Shown here: in pieces, positions 36,277 through 45,201 of the stretch
Layout of the letters: each line of letters starts with the position of its first letter
Position numbering within the stretch: position 1 is the stretch's first letter
NCBI GenBank assembly: GCA_032125195.1
Contig: JAQBCN010000130.1
Location: 1-46,208 of the forward strand
Direction of reading: 5' to 3'
Length of the DNA: 46,208 bases
Source: Deltaproteobacteria bacterium
Lineage (GTDB): Bacteria; Desulfobacterota; Deferrimicrobia; Deferrimicrobiales; Deferrimicrobiaceae
Notes under the pieces: generated by a model
What the model was told of the DNA's origin: nothing
What the model saw: the letters and a program-made list of their open reading frames with translations, nothing else
Databases searched by the model: none
Made by a program: the position numbers and the translations under genes

Positions 36277-37440
36277 ATGAACTTCGTTTATCTTTCCCCG
36301 CATTTTCCCCCGAACTATTACCGCTTCTGCGTCGGCCTCCGGGAGGAAGGGGTGAACGTCCTCGGGCTGGCCGACGCACCGTACGATTCGCTGCGGCCGG
36401 AACTCCGCGGGGCGCTCTCCGAATATTTCCGCGTGGACGACATGAACTCGTACGACGCGCTGGTCCGGGCGATGGGGCACTTCACCCACCGCCACGGGAA
36501 GATCGACGGGATCGACTCCCACAGCGAGCACTGGCTGGAGGCCGAGGCGCGCCTTCGGACGGATTTCAACATGGCCGGGCTTCGGCAGGACCGGATCGGG
36601 ATCATCAAGCGGAAGTCCGCCATGAAGGAGATCTACCGGTCCGCCGGAATCCGGGTCGCCCGCGGCGCGGTGGTCCGGACCCTCGAGGAGGCAAGCCGGC
36701 TGGTCGCCGAAACCGGCTACCCGGTGATCGCCAAACCCGACGTGGGGGTGGGAGCGGCAGGGACCTTCAAGATCCACGAAGGCGGCGAGCTCTCCTCCTT
36801 CTTCGACCGGAAGCCGGCGGCCGACTACATCGTGGAGGAGTTCATCCAGGGGAAACTCTTCTCCTTCGACGGCCTGGCCGACCGCGACGGCAACCTCGTC
36901 TTCTTCACCTCGCACGCCTTCAGCCAGGGGATCATGGAGACGGTCAACGAGGACGCCGACCTCTTCTACCACTCCCTCCGGGAGATCCCGGCGGACCTGG
37001 AGGAGGCTGGGCGGCGCACGGCGCGTGCCTTCGACGTCCGCGGACGGTTCTTCCACTTCGAGTTCTTCCGGGCCGAACGGGACGGCGGAATCGTCGCACT
37101 CGAGGTGAACCTGCGGCCGCCGGGCGGCCTGACAACCGACATGTTCAATTTCGCCAACGACATCGACATCTACCGGGAATGGGCGCGCGTGGTTGCGCAC
37201 AACCGGTTCACGGCGGAGTGGACCCGTCCGTACCATGTCGGCTACGTCGGCCGGAAGCGGGGAAAACGTTACGTCCACGGTCACGGGGAGATCCTCGCGG
37301 CCTTCGGTGGCCTCATCGCACACCACGAGGAGATAAACTCCATCTTCCGGGGCGCGATCGGGGATTACGGGTACCTCGTCCGGTCGAAGGAACTCGAAGA
37401 GGTCCTGGCCGCCGCCCGGTACATCCAGGAAACCGCGTGA
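36277..37440 (+). CDS. ATP-grasp domain protein of unknown specificity
   Basis: C-terminal 387 aa of ORF 35662..37440. ATG at 36277 follows GAGGA-N7. Pre-ATP-grasp N-domain (MNFVYLSPHFPPNYYRF...) and ATP-grasp core (K.SAMKEIYRSAGIRV...YPVIAKPDVGVGAAGT...VEEFIQG...EVNLRPPGG). Confidence 0.8.
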   Translation: MNFVYLSPHFPPNYYRFCVGLREEGVNVLGLADAPYDSLRPELRGALSEYFRVDDMNSYDALVRAMGHFTHRHGKIDGIDSHSEHWLEAEARLRTDFNMAGLRQDRIGIIKRKSAMKEIYRSAGIRVARGAVVRTLEEASRLVAETGYPVIAKPDVGVGAAGTFKIHEGGELSSFFDRKPAADYIVEEFIQGKLFSFDGLADRDGNLVFFTSHAFSQGIMETVNEDADLFYHSLREIPADLEEAGRRTARAFDVRGRFFHFEFFRAERDGGIVALEVNLRPPGGLTTDMFNFANDIDIYREWARVVAHNRFTAEWTRPYHVGYVGRKRGKRYVHGHGEILAAFGGLIAHHEEINSIFRGAIGDYGYLVRSKELEEVLAAARYIQETA

Positions 37441-37554
37441 CGCGGCGGGAAAGGGATTTTCGATGAACGTCGCGTACCACCGGTGGTGGCGCCGCCAGAT
37501 GCCGTGCTTCCTGGGGCACCTTTTCCCCTAGTGCGGCGTCGCTACAGGGAGGGA

Positions 37555-38772
37555 TTACTTCCCTTTCCGCTCCATCCTCGCCTTGAGGGCTTCCCCCAGG
37601 GAACCGAGGTCCGGAGGGGCGGGCGGCGGAGCGAGATACTTCGCATAATCCTCCGCTTCCTCTTCGGCCGTATCCGCGCTCTCCGTCCCCGGAAGGGAGA
37701 GGGCGACGCGACGCTTCACGGGGTCGACCGAATCCACCATCACCTCGATCTCCTGCCCCGCGCGCAGCACTTCACCCGCGCTCTTGATCCGCTTCCCGCC
37801 GCCGAGCTTCGAGATGTGGAGCAGGCCGTCGACTCCACCGCCGAGCGAGACGAAGGCCCCGAAGGCGGTCAGGCGCGCGACCTTCCCCACGTGGAGCGAC
37901 CCCGCCTGGAAACGGGCGACCGCGGTTTCCCACGGGTCCGCGAGGGTCTTCTTGAGGCTGAAGGAGAAGCGCTTGTTCGCCCAGTCGAGTCGCGTGATCG
38001 CGACCTCGATCTCCTGTCCCACGGAGAGAACGCTCTGGATATCCTCCACCCTGTCCCACCCGATCTCCGAAATGGGGAGGAGCCCCTCGATCGGGCCGAC
38101 GGAGACGAAGGCGCCGAACTCCCGGACCGAGGTGACGGTCCCCGTCATCACCATCCCCTCCGTGAGCGTCGCCATCACCTCCCGCGTTTTCCGCTCCTCC
38201 TCCTCTTCCAGCAAGGCCCGGCGGGAGACGACGATGTTGCGGCCCTTTTCCCCGTACTTCGTGATCCGGAACGCGGCGTGCTTCCCGACGCGCTCCTCCT
38301 GGCCCCCGGACCGCGGAAGATCCATCTGCGAGTGGGGGCAGAACGCCCTCGCCCCGCCCGCGAGGCGGATCTCGTATCCCCCCTTGATCTCCTTCACCAC
38401 CACCCCGTCCACGGGGATCCCCGAGTTCGAAGCCTCCTCGAGCTGCGCGGACCCGGCGGCCCCCCCGGCGACGCGGGTGGTAAAGAGCATCTCGCTGCCG
38501 TCCGAGGAGACGAAGTACGCCTCGAGGGAGTCTCCCTCCTTGACCCGAACCGCCCCCGCTTCGTCGAGCAGTTCCTTCGCCGCAAGCACACCCTCGCCCT
38601 TCCGTCCCAGGTCGAGGAAAACCCACTCCGGGGTCACTTTGACGACCCGGGCGGACACCTTTCGCCCGGGCTCGTACCGCGTCGGGGCCACGAAGCTCCT
38701 GTCGAGCATCTCCCCGAAGCTCTCCTCTTCCGGTTCTCCCCCGGTTTCCGACTTCTCTTCGTCCGGCTCCAC
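37555..38772 (-). CDS. S1 RNA-binding domain protein (about four S1 repeats; shorter than ribosomal protein S1)
   Basis: 405 aa. Repeated S1 signatures (G.V..V..FGAFV.....GLL.IS). Acidic N- and C-terminal tails. Confidence 0.85.
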   Translation of the reverse strand: MEPDEEKSETGGEPEEESFGEMLDRSFVAPTRYEPGRKVSARVVKVTPEWVFLDLGRKGEGVLAAKELLDEAGAVRVKEGDSLEAYFVSSDGSEMLFTTRVAGGAAGSAQLEEASNSGIPVDGVVVKEIKGGYEIRLAGGARAFCPHSQMDLPRSGGQEERVGKHAAFRITKYGEKGRNIVVSRRALLEEEEERKTREVMATLTEGMVMTGTVTSVREFGAFVSVGPIEGLLPISEIGWDRVEDIQSVLSVGQEIEVAITRLDWANKRFSFSLKKTLADPWETAVARFQAGSLHVGKVARLTAFGAFVSLGGGVDGLLHISKLGGGKRIKSAGEVLRAGQEIEVMVDSVDPVKRRVALSLPGTESADTAEEEAEDYAKYLAPPPAPPDLGSLGEALKARMERKGK

Positions 38773-38823
38773 GCGTTCCCCCCGTCCCGTTTTTCCTCGC
38801 CGGCTCCGTGCCTTGCCGGGAAA

Positions 38824-39171
38824 CTACCCGAACAAATTCGCCAGCCGGTCCCGTTGCCGCCCCAGCCGCTGCTGTCCCTCGTTCAGGGCGCCGAGCACCA
38901 CCTCCCGGGACTCCACGGAGAGATCCATCCCCTTCTCGAGGAGCTCCTCCGCCTTTTCCTCGACGGCTTCGGCCATTTCCGCCACGCGTTCGACAACCTC
39001 ACCCGCCGCGCCTTCCAGCTTGCGGCTCGTCTTCCGGGCGTACCGGGCGATGTCCTTGCGCGTTCGACGACCCGATTGCGGCGCCATCAGCAGGGCCGCG
39101 CCGGCCCCGAGAATCGCGCCCACCAGCACCAGCATCGCTCCCATCATCACGTCGTCGTTTCTCTCGTCCAT
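38824..39171 (-). CDS. YtxH-like small membrane-anchored protein
   Basis: 115 aa. One N-terminal TM helix followed by LMAPQSGRRTRKDI and a helical, charged tail, as in the YtxH family. Confidence 0.6.
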   Translation of the reverse strand: MDERNDDVMMGAMLVLVGAILGAGAALLMAPQSGRRTRKDIARYARKTSRKLEGAAGEVVERVAEMAEAVEEKAEELLEKGMDLSVESREVVLGALNEGQQRLGRQRDRLANLFG

Positions 39172-39293
39172 GGGCCACCTCCGTTTTCGTTCCCGACTCC
39201 TTGATTATATAGTGTACCGCGGAGACGACCGGCGAAACAGCGGGAGGTCGAGAAGCATCCCACCGGTACCAATCATCGGAGGAGGGAACCTGC

Positions 39294-40256
39294 ATGAAAG
39301 CGATCCGCGTTCGCGAATTCGGTCCGCCGGAAGTGATGCGCATCGAGGAGACCCCGGACCCGTCGCCGGGACCCGGCCAGGTGCTGGTCCGCGTGCGGGC
39401 CGCGGGGGTGAACCCGGTGGAGACGTATATCCGCTCCGGGGCGTATGCCCGGCGCCCGACGCCCCCTTATACCCCCGGGCACGACGCCGCCGGCATCGTC
39501 GAGGCGGTCGGAACCGGCGTCACGGGGGTCGCCGCGGGCGACCGTGTGTACACCTCGGAGACGGTGACCGGGGCCTACGCGGAGCTTGCGCTGTGCAACG
39601 CTTCACGGGTCCACCCGCTTCCCTCCTCCGTCTCGTACGCGCAGGGGGCCGCGATCGGCGTGCCGTACGCCACCGCCTGGCGCGCCCTTTTCCAGAGAAT
39701 TCGAGCCGTGCCGGGAGAGGCGGTCCTGGTCCACGGGGCCAGCGGCGGCGTGGGGGTGGCGGCGCTCCAGATCGCGCGGGCAGCGGGGCTGCGCGTGTTC
39801 GGCACAGCCGGTACCGCCGAGGGGCTTGCCCTGGTCCGGCGGGAAGGGGCGCACGCCGTCTTCGACCACCGTTTGGCGGGGTACCTGGAAGAAGCGGTCG
39901 CTGCCACGGGTGGGCGAGGGTTCGACATCATCCTGGAAATGCTCGCCAACGTGAACCTGCCGGCCGACCTCAAGGCTCTGGCCATGGGCGGCCGGGTCGT
40001 CGTGATCGGCAACCGGGGGACCGTGGAGATCGACGCCCGGGATGCGATGGCGCGGGACGCCTCGGTGGTCGGGATGTCCCTCTTCAACATGCCGGACCCC
40101 GATCGGGCCGTCGTCCACGCCGCCCTCGTCGCGGGACTCGAGAACGGGTCGCTTCGTCCCGTCATCGGCCGGGAACTGCCGCTGTCGGCGGCGCCGGAAA
40201 GCCACGTGGCGGTGATGTCGTCTGGAGCCAGGGGAAAGATCGTCCTCCTTCCCTGA
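39294..40256 (+). CDS. NADPH:quinone oxidoreductase / zeta-crystallin-type medium-chain dehydrogenase
   Basis: 320 aa. GVNPVETYIRSG.Y...P.TPG.DAAG, an AxxGxxG nucleotide fold (HGASGGVGVAALQIA) and GKIVLLP at the C-terminus. Confidence 0.88.
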   Translation: MKAIRVREFGPPEVMRIEETPDPSPGPGQVLVRVRAAGVNPVETYIRSGAYARRPTPPYTPGHDAAGIVEAVGTGVTGVAAGDRVYTSETVTGAYAELALCNASRVHPLPSSVSYAQGAAIGVPYATAWRALFQRIRAVPGEAVLVHGASGGVGVAALQIARAAGLRVFGTAGTAEGLALVRREGAHAVFDHRLAGYLEEAVAATGGRGFDIILEMLANVNLPADLKALAMGGRVVVIGNRGTVEIDARDAMARDASVVGMSLFNMPDPDRAVVHAALVAGLENGSLRPVIGRELPLSAAPESHVAVMSSGARGKIVLLP

Positions 40257-40281
40257 CCGGGAGGAGGGCGTAAGGGGGCGC

Positions 40282-40806
40282 ATGAAAACGAGAAACCGGT
40301 CGACCCTCTTTTCCGGGCTGGTCGTGGACATCGAACAGTTCGATGTCCGGATCGGGGAGAAGGGGTGGCACACCTTCCAGATCGTTCGGCACCCGGGCGG
40401 CGTCGGCGTCCTCCCCCTGCACGACGACGGGACGGTCACGCTCATCCGGCAGCTGCGGCCGGCGGTGGGCGGCACCCTCCTCGAGATCCCGGCGGGCAGG
40501 CTTCAGCCGGGCGAGGATCCCGCGGTTTGCGGCGCCAGGGAACTGGTCGAGGAGACGGGACTCTCCGCGCGCGAACTGGTCCCCCTCGGCACCTTCTACC
40601 CCTCCCCCGGCGTCTTCGACGAGGTGATCCACCTGTTCCTCGGAACCGGGCTGTCGCAGGGGAACGCGGAGCCGGAGAAATACGAGGAGATCGAGGCGGT
40701 GCGGATGCCGATCGGGGAAGCGCTTCGCCTCGCAGCATCGGGCGAGATCCGGGACGGGAAGACGATGGCGGCGCTGCTGCGGGCGGGGAACGTAGCGCAC
40801 CGCTAG
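40282..40806 (+). CDS. NUDIX hydrolase (ADP-ribose pyrophosphatase-like)
   Basis: 174 aa. Nudix box [22 protein letters not shown]. Confidence 0.85.
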   Translation: MKTRNRSTLFSGLVVDIEQFDVRIGEKGWHTFQIVRHPGGVGVLPLHDDGTVTLIRQLRPAVGGTLLEIPAGRLQPGEDPAVCGARELVEETGLSARELVPLGTFYPSPGVFDEVIHLFLGTGLSQGNAEPEKYEEIEAVRMPIGEALRLAASGEIRDGKTMAALLRAGNVAHR

Positions 40807-41588
40807 GCGCGCGCGGCCCGGATCCTCCGCAGGGCCCAGAGCGAGCCGCCATTGCTCAGCAGGTCCGCGGCCACCGCCAGCGCGAACGAGGCGCCGACCC
40901 CCAGCCGCTCGACCGTTCCCGCGACGACCAGAAAAAAGACCCCCATCGTCCAGAGACCGGCGACCAGCCCGCGCAGCAGGCGGATCGCGGAGGCGCCGCC
41001 CTGGTAACGGTGCGTGAAGACGGTGAGCACCGTCGCCGCGACCGGAAACGGGACGAGAAGTCCAGCGAGGTGCGGTCCAAGCGGTCGGGCAAGGGCGGTC
41101 ATGAGGAGCACCATGCCGACCGCCGCCGCCATGCGGGCGGCGATCTCCCACGAAGGCGTCGCGGGGGGGGACGCCTCGGAATCGACCATCGGCAGGAGAA
41201 GAACCACCCCGACCAGCGCGAAAAGCGCGAGCGCGATGGACCAGGGCAGCGTGAGCGGGAGCCGGTTCAGGAGGTACGTGGAGAGGAAGAAGCCGGCCCA
41301 GCCGGCAAGCAGGCTCGGCACCCATCCCGTCCGAAGCGCTACGCGGCAGTAGACCAGACTGTAGACGGCGAGCGAGGCAAGGCCGGCGATCGTCGCGCGC
41401 GCCGCGCCCGCGGCGAACGCCTCCCCCTGCTCCACCCCGATGAAGAAGACGATCGGGCCCGCGACGACCGGCACCGCCACGAGCCAGCCGCTGACGGCCG
41501 TTCCCCAGCGCCGCCCCGCCAGGCTCAGCACGAGAATGAAGAACGGCACCAGCGTCAGCTTGAACGCGAACAGCGCGGACATCCCCAC
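40803..41588 (-). CDS. hypothetical polytopic membrane protein (about 8 TM helices)
   Basis: 261 aa, almost entirely hydrophobic helices, family not recognised. GTG at 41588 or ATG at 41582. Confidence 0.5.
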   Translation of the reverse strand: MGMSALFAFKLTLVPFFILVLSLAGRRWGTAVSGWLVAVPVVAGPIVFFIGVEQGEAFAAGAARATIAGLASLAVYSLVYCRVALRTGWVPSLLAGWAGFFLSTYLLNRLPLTLPWSIALALFALVGVVLLLPMVDSEASPPATPSWEIAARMAAAVGMVLLMTALARPLGPHLAGLLVPFPVAATVLTVFTHRYQGGASAIRLLRGLVAGLWTMGVFFLVVAGTVERLGVGASFALAVAADLLSNGGSLWALRRIRAARA

Positions 41589-41669
41589 CCCCAGGATTCG
41601 AGGAAGAAATATATCCTATCTGGTATCTTCTATGGACACGGCAGATTCCGGACAGGAGGGTTCGCGCGC

Positions 41670-42902
41670 ATGGCACGGGTCAACGAGCACTATCTCAAGC
41701 TGAAAGCCGGATACCTTTTCCCGGAGATCGGGCGCAGGGTGCGGACCTTCGCCGCGGCGAACCCGTCCGCGAAGGTCATCCGTCTCGGGATCGGCGACGT
41801 CACGCGGCCGTTGCCGCCCGCGGTCCTGTCGGCGTTCCACGACGCCGTCGCCGAGCTCGGCGACGAGAAGACGTTCATGGGGTACGGACCGGAGCAGGGG
41901 TACGACTTCCTCATCGACACGCTGATCGAAAAGGCGTACGCGCCGCTGGGCGTCCGCCGCAAGCGGAGCGAGATCTTCATCTCGGACGGATCGAAGTGCG
42001 ACACGGCGAACATCCTCGACATCTTCTCCCTCGACAACCAGGTGGCGATCGGCGACCCGGTCTACCCGGTCTACAACGACACGAACGTGATGATCGGCCG
42101 ATCCGGTCCGGCCGACGAGCGGGGATATTACCAGGGGATCGTCTACCTTCCGTGCACCGAGGCGAACGGCTTCTTCCCGGACATCCCGAAGGGGAAGGTC
42201 GACATCGTCTACCTGTGCTCCCCGAACAACCCGACGGGCACGGTCGCGACGAAGGCCCAGCTCAAGGGGTGGGTCGATTACGCCCTCGCCAACGACGCGG
42301 TGATCTTCTTCGACGCGGCTTACGAGGCGTTCATCACGGAGCCCGGCTACCCCCGATCGATCTACGAGATCGAAGGCGCGGAGCGGTGCGCGGTGGAGTT
42401 CCGCTCCTTCTCCAAGACCGCCGGCTTCACCGGGGTGCGGTGCGCGCTGACGGTGGTGCCGGAGGAGGTGACGGCGAACACGCCGACCGGCGAGCGGGTG
42501 GCGCTCAACAAGCTGTGGAACCGCCGGCAGACGACGAAGTTCAACGGCGTCTCCTACCCGGTCCAGAGGGCGGCGGCGGCGGTCTACTCCGACGAGGGGT
42601 GGCGGCAGACGAAGGCGATCGTCGACTACTACATGGGAAACGCGAAGATCATCCGTGAGGGGCTCGCGGGCGCGGGGATGACCATCTACGGCGGCGTCAA
42701 CGCCCCCTACATCTGGCTGAAGACCCCGGGCGGGACTTCCTCGTGGGATTTTTTCGACCGGCTTCTCACGGAGTGCCACGTGGTCGGGACGCCGGGCAGC
42801 GGGTTCGGGCCGTCGGGCGAGGGATTCTTCCGGTTGTCGGCCTTCGGCAGCCGGGACAACGTCGTGGAAGCGGTGGAGCGGATCCGGAAGAACCTGCGGT
42901 AA
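41670..42902 (+). CDS. dapL: LL-diaminopimelate aminotransferase
   Basis: C-terminal 410 aa of the artefactual ORF 40365..42902. [20 protein letters not shown]...IRLGIGDVT...[13 protein letters not shown] (PLP lysine)...TPGSGFGP is typical of DapL. Confidence 0.92.
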   Translation: MARVNEHYLKLKAGYLFPEIGRRVRTFAAANPSAKVIRLGIGDVTRPLPPAVLSAFHDAVAELGDEKTFMGYGPEQGYDFLIDTLIEKAYAPLGVRRKRSEIFISDGSKCDTANILDIFSLDNQVAIGDPVYPVYNDTNVMIGRSGPADERGYYQGIVYLPCTEANGFFPDIPKGKVDIVYLCSPNNPTGTVATKAQLKGWVDYALANDAVIFFDAAYEAFITEPGYPRSIYEIEGAERCAVEFRSFSKTAGFTGVRCALTVVPEEVTANTPTGERVALNKLWNRRQTTKFNGVSYPVQRAAAAVYSDEGWRQTKAIVDYYMGNAKIIREGLAGAGMTIYGGVNAPYIWLKTPGGTSSWDFFDRLLTECHVVGTPGSGFGPSGEGFFRLSAFGSRDNVVEAVERIRKNLR

Positions 42903-42914
42903 TCGGGGGAGCGC

Positions 42915-43259
42915 TCAGCCCTTGCCGGGTTTCGTCCCGATGCTCCCGGGCGGCATCGGAAAATGGGTCACGTTCCCCTGGGACCCCGCGAGGGAGACGA
43001 TCTTGTTCGCCCCCTCCTTCTCGACCTCGTCGATGCGCACGACAGCCTGCAGCGGGATGTAGGTGCGCTTGACGCCGGCGAACTCGGACTTCAGCCGCTC
43101 TTCCGACGGGTCGACGAGCACGCCGCCCCGGTTGCCGAAGAGGATCTCCTCGACCTCGACGAAGGCGAACAGGGTCCCCTGCCCCACCTTCCGCGCGTAC
43201 AGTTCGTACAGGTTCTCCTGGTTCCGGAAGAGCACCCTGTAGACGGACTTCGTTTTCAC
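42915..43259 (-). CDS. DUF1820 family protein
   Basis: C-terminal 114 aa of ORF 42915..44027. VYRVLFRNQENLYELYARKV...FVEVEEILFG....LVDPSEERLKSEFAGVKRTYIPLQAVVRIDEV matches my recollection of DUF1820. GTG start at 43259 with no obvious SD. Confidence 0.65.
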   Translation of the reverse strand: MKTKSVYRVLFRNQENLYELYARKVGQGTLFAFVEVEEILFGNRGGVLVDPSEERLKSEFAGVKRTYIPLQAVVRIDEVEKEGANKIVSLAGSQGNVTHFPMPPGSIGTKPGKG

Positions 43260-43273
43260 TGGGAATCGGGCCG

Positions 43274-43495
43274 TCAGTTCTTGTGGCGGTAGAGAATGAG
43301 TCCGTGGGTCGGGTCGTAGGGAGAGACGCCGATCGTCACCCGGTCCCCCGAGATGACCCGGATCCTGAACCGGCGCATGGCACCGCCGAGCTTCGCCGTG
43401 AGAACGTGCCCGTTTTCGAGCTTGACGACGAAATTCCCGCCGCCGCGGGCCTCGGTCACGGTCCCTTCGAGATTCGCCAGATCGTCCTTCGCCAA
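43274..43495 (-). CDS. infA: translation initiation factor IF-1
   Basis: AKDDLANLEGTVTEA...FVVKLENGHVLTAKLGGAMRRFRIRVISGDRVTIGVSPYDPTHGLILYR aligns with IF-1 from the TTG at 43495 (73 codons). The ORF stays open to a GTG at 43531. Confidence 0.9.
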   Translation of the reverse strand: MAKDDLANLEGTVTEARGGGNFVVKLENGHVLTAKLGGAMRRFRIRVISGDRVTIGVSPYDPTHGLILYRHKN

Positions 43496-43616
43496 GATAC
43501 CCCCGCTGTCCCTTTTCCGATAATTTACCACACCTGGAGCGGGAACGGGCGGGCGATCCGCGGGGCCATTGCGATCCCGTCGCCGGAGTGGGATATAATC
43601 GTTTCCCGGAACCCGT

Positions 43617-44303
43617 ATGAAAACCCTTTCGCTCCCAAGGCCCGAAGCGGTCCTCTTCGATTTCGACGGGATCCTCGTCGACAGCGAACCGATGCATTAC
43701 CGGGCGTTCATCGAGATTCTCGATCCGCTCGGGATGGGGTTCCCCTGGGAGGAGTACGTCGAGACCTACATGGGGTTCGACGACCGCGACGCGTTCCGGG
43801 AGGCGTTCCGGGCCCAGGGGATCGTACTTGACGAGACGAACCTCGGGAAACTCGTCGCCGCGAAGTCGGGAGCGTTCCTGCGCGGCCTGCGCGACGGGGT
43901 GACGGCCTACCCCGGCGCGGCCTCCCTGATCGAAACCCTTCACGCGGCGGGTTTCCCGCTGGCCCTCTGCAGCGGCGCGCTCCGTTCCGACATCGACCCC
44001 ATCCTCGCGCAACTGGGCGTCGCCCACTGCTTCGACGTGATCGTTTCCGCCGACGACGTGCGCAGGAGCAAGCCCGACCCGGAAAGCTACGCGCTCGCCT
44101 ACGCGAGATTGGCGAAGAAGTACGACATGCTGCTGACGGCCCCGGGAATGTCGGTCGCCGTCGAGGACACCGCCGCCGGGATCCGGTCCGCGAAGGGGGC
44201 GGGCCTCCGGGTGCTCGCCATCACCAACAGCTACGGCGATCTGGAACTCGCCGAGGCCGACTGGATCGTCGGATCGCTGGAGAACGTCCGTTTCGAGGAG
44301 TGA
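43617..44303 (+). CDS. HAD-IA family hydrolase (beta-phosphoglucomutase / phosphatase-like)
   Basis: 228 aa. Motif I FDFDGILVDSE, motif II (CSGA), and motifs III/IV (K.DPESY...VEDTAAGIRSAKGAG). Confidence 0.85.
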   Translation: MKTLSLPRPEAVLFDFDGILVDSEPMHYRAFIEILDPLGMGFPWEEYVETYMGFDDRDAFREAFRAQGIVLDETNLGKLVAAKSGAFLRGLRDGVTAYPGAASLIETLHAAGFPLALCSGALRSDIDPILAQLGVAHCFDVIVSADDVRRSKPDPESYALAYARLAKKYDMLLTAPGMSVAVEDTAAGIRSAKGAGLRVLAITNSYGDLELAEADWIVGSLENVRFEE

Positions 44304-44385
44304 TGGACAGGGGCGCCGTCAGACGATCCTCGTGCCCCTTGTGGAAAATTCCAGGGAAGCCAACGGAGGGAAAGGAGAACCGATC

Positions 44386-44466
44386 ATGAAAAGACTGGCT
44401 CTTCTGTTGTTGAGCATCGTTCTGGTCCCGTGCGCACGACGGCGTCCGGGATCCTGGAATCGCTGA
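44386..44466 (+). CDS. candidate mini-ORF, 26 aa (MKRLALLLLSIVLVPCARRRPGSWNR), signal-peptide-like
   Basis: ATG preceded by AAGGAG at 8-nt spacing. Lies in a visibly lower-G+C patch. No homology evidence, so speculative. Confidence 0.25.
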   Translation: MKRLALLLLSIVLVPCARRRPGSWNR

Positions 44467-44567
44467 CGTTCCTCTCCTTATGATCCTGATCTCTTCGGCA
44501 CTGGCGGCGACGGCTTCGCTTCTCGGAAAGTCATTGACGAAGCGGTAGCGGTTCCAGGGGAGGAACG

Positions 44568-44672
44568 ATGAAAACGTGGCAAATCCTGGCGTGCCTGATC
44601 ATCGTGGCCCTTGCCGCGTATCTGTTGATATACAACATGGGTCTGAACACGGGACTTCTAAGGATGAAATGA
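44568..44672 (+). CDS. candidate mini-ORF, 34 aa single-TM peptide (MKTWQILACLIIVALAAYLLIYNMGLNTGLLRMK)
   Basis: ATG preceded by GGGGAGG at 4-nt spacing. Hydrophobic helix and non-GC-biased codons. No homology evidence, so speculative. Confidence 0.3.
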   Translation: MKTWQILACLIIVALAAYLLIYNMGLNTGLLRMK

Positions 44673-44688
44673 AACGGAAGTGAAATGA

Positions 44689-44765
44689 TGGCGCGCCCTA
44701 GAGGATTCGAACCTCTGGCCACTTGATTCGTAGTCAAGTGCTCTATCCAGCTGAGCTAAGGGCGC
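44689..44765 (-). tRNA. tRNA-Arg (anticodon ACG), CCA encoded
   Basis: The minus strand reads GCGCCCT TA GCTC AGCTGGATA GAGC A CTTGA CTACGAA TCAAG TGGCC AGAGG TTCGAAT CCTCT AGGGCGC G CCA. It folds into a canonical 77-nt cloverleaf with anticodon loop CT-ACG-AA. Confidence 0.95.
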
Positions 44766-44781
44766 GTCCGTGAGGAAAGTC

Positions 44782-44810
44782 ATTCTACGGCAAGGGGTTT
44801 CCCGCGTCAA
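44782..44810 (-). promoter_or_regulatory. putative strong sigma70-type promoter of tRNA-Arg
   Basis: The minus strand reads TTGACG-N17-TAGAAT, with the -10 box ending 16 nt upstream of the mature tRNA 5' end. Confidence 0.6.
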
Positions 44811-45166
44811 CAGCTCCTCTGAGAAACCCCCTTTTCACCCCCAAAAAGGCGCGGGATCTTTTCTTTTCCCGAGAGGATCGCATCCAGGCTCTCTCCGTAG
44901 TCCCTCATTCCCGTAACATCAAGATCGTACTCGTAGATCTTCTCGCCCCTCCGGCATTCCGCGGAAATCCGATCAGGCGGTACGTCGAGATAAAACACGA
45001 ACGTCCCTGAACCAACGGGAGAGAAATCGTGCGCGTGGCGGTTCAAACGGCTCGAGCGCTGGGAATATCTGGTAATATGCTGGAAGAAATCCCTTTGACG
45101 GATGATTATGCATCGGGCTGTCGGCGGCCGAGGCGAATCAAGGGGAGATGGAACGGCGGGAATCAA
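44807..45166 (-). CDS. hypothetical protein (doubtful; only the C-terminal half looks protein-like)
   Basis: 119-aa ORF with no recognisable family. Its 5' end overlaps the leader and start region of the divergent sCache gene. Its stop lies inside the tRNA promoter -35 box. Possible internal GTG start near 44998. Confidence 0.2.
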   Translation of the reverse strand: MIPAVPSPLDSPRPPTARCIIIRQRDFFQHITRYSQRSSRLNRHAHDFSPVGSGTFVFYLDVPPDRISAECRRGEKIYEYDLDVTGMRDYGESLDAILSGKEKIPRLFGGEKGVSQRSC

Positions 45167-45201
45167 CCCTCAGACAGGCTGGAGCGAAAGGGGAGGAAAC
45201 G

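Noticed and set aside
37441-37554. Bidirectional terminator between the convergent ATP-grasp and S1 genes
   Set aside because: Only short palindromes (CCACCGGTGG, GGCGCC, GTGC..GCAC) are present, with no stable stem plus T-tract. I cannot support a terminator call.
43568-43599. Promoter for the HAD gene (TTGCGA-N19-TATAAT), implying an 11-nt SD-less leader
   Set aside because: The -10 box is perfect, but the -35 box is weak and the spacer is 19 nt. I left it uncalled as a feature because it is plausible but not well supported.
44531-44737. 68-aa minus-strand ORF
   Set aside because: Its 5' part is the tRNA-Arg gene read as protein (MTTNQVARGSNPLGRA...), so it is spurious.
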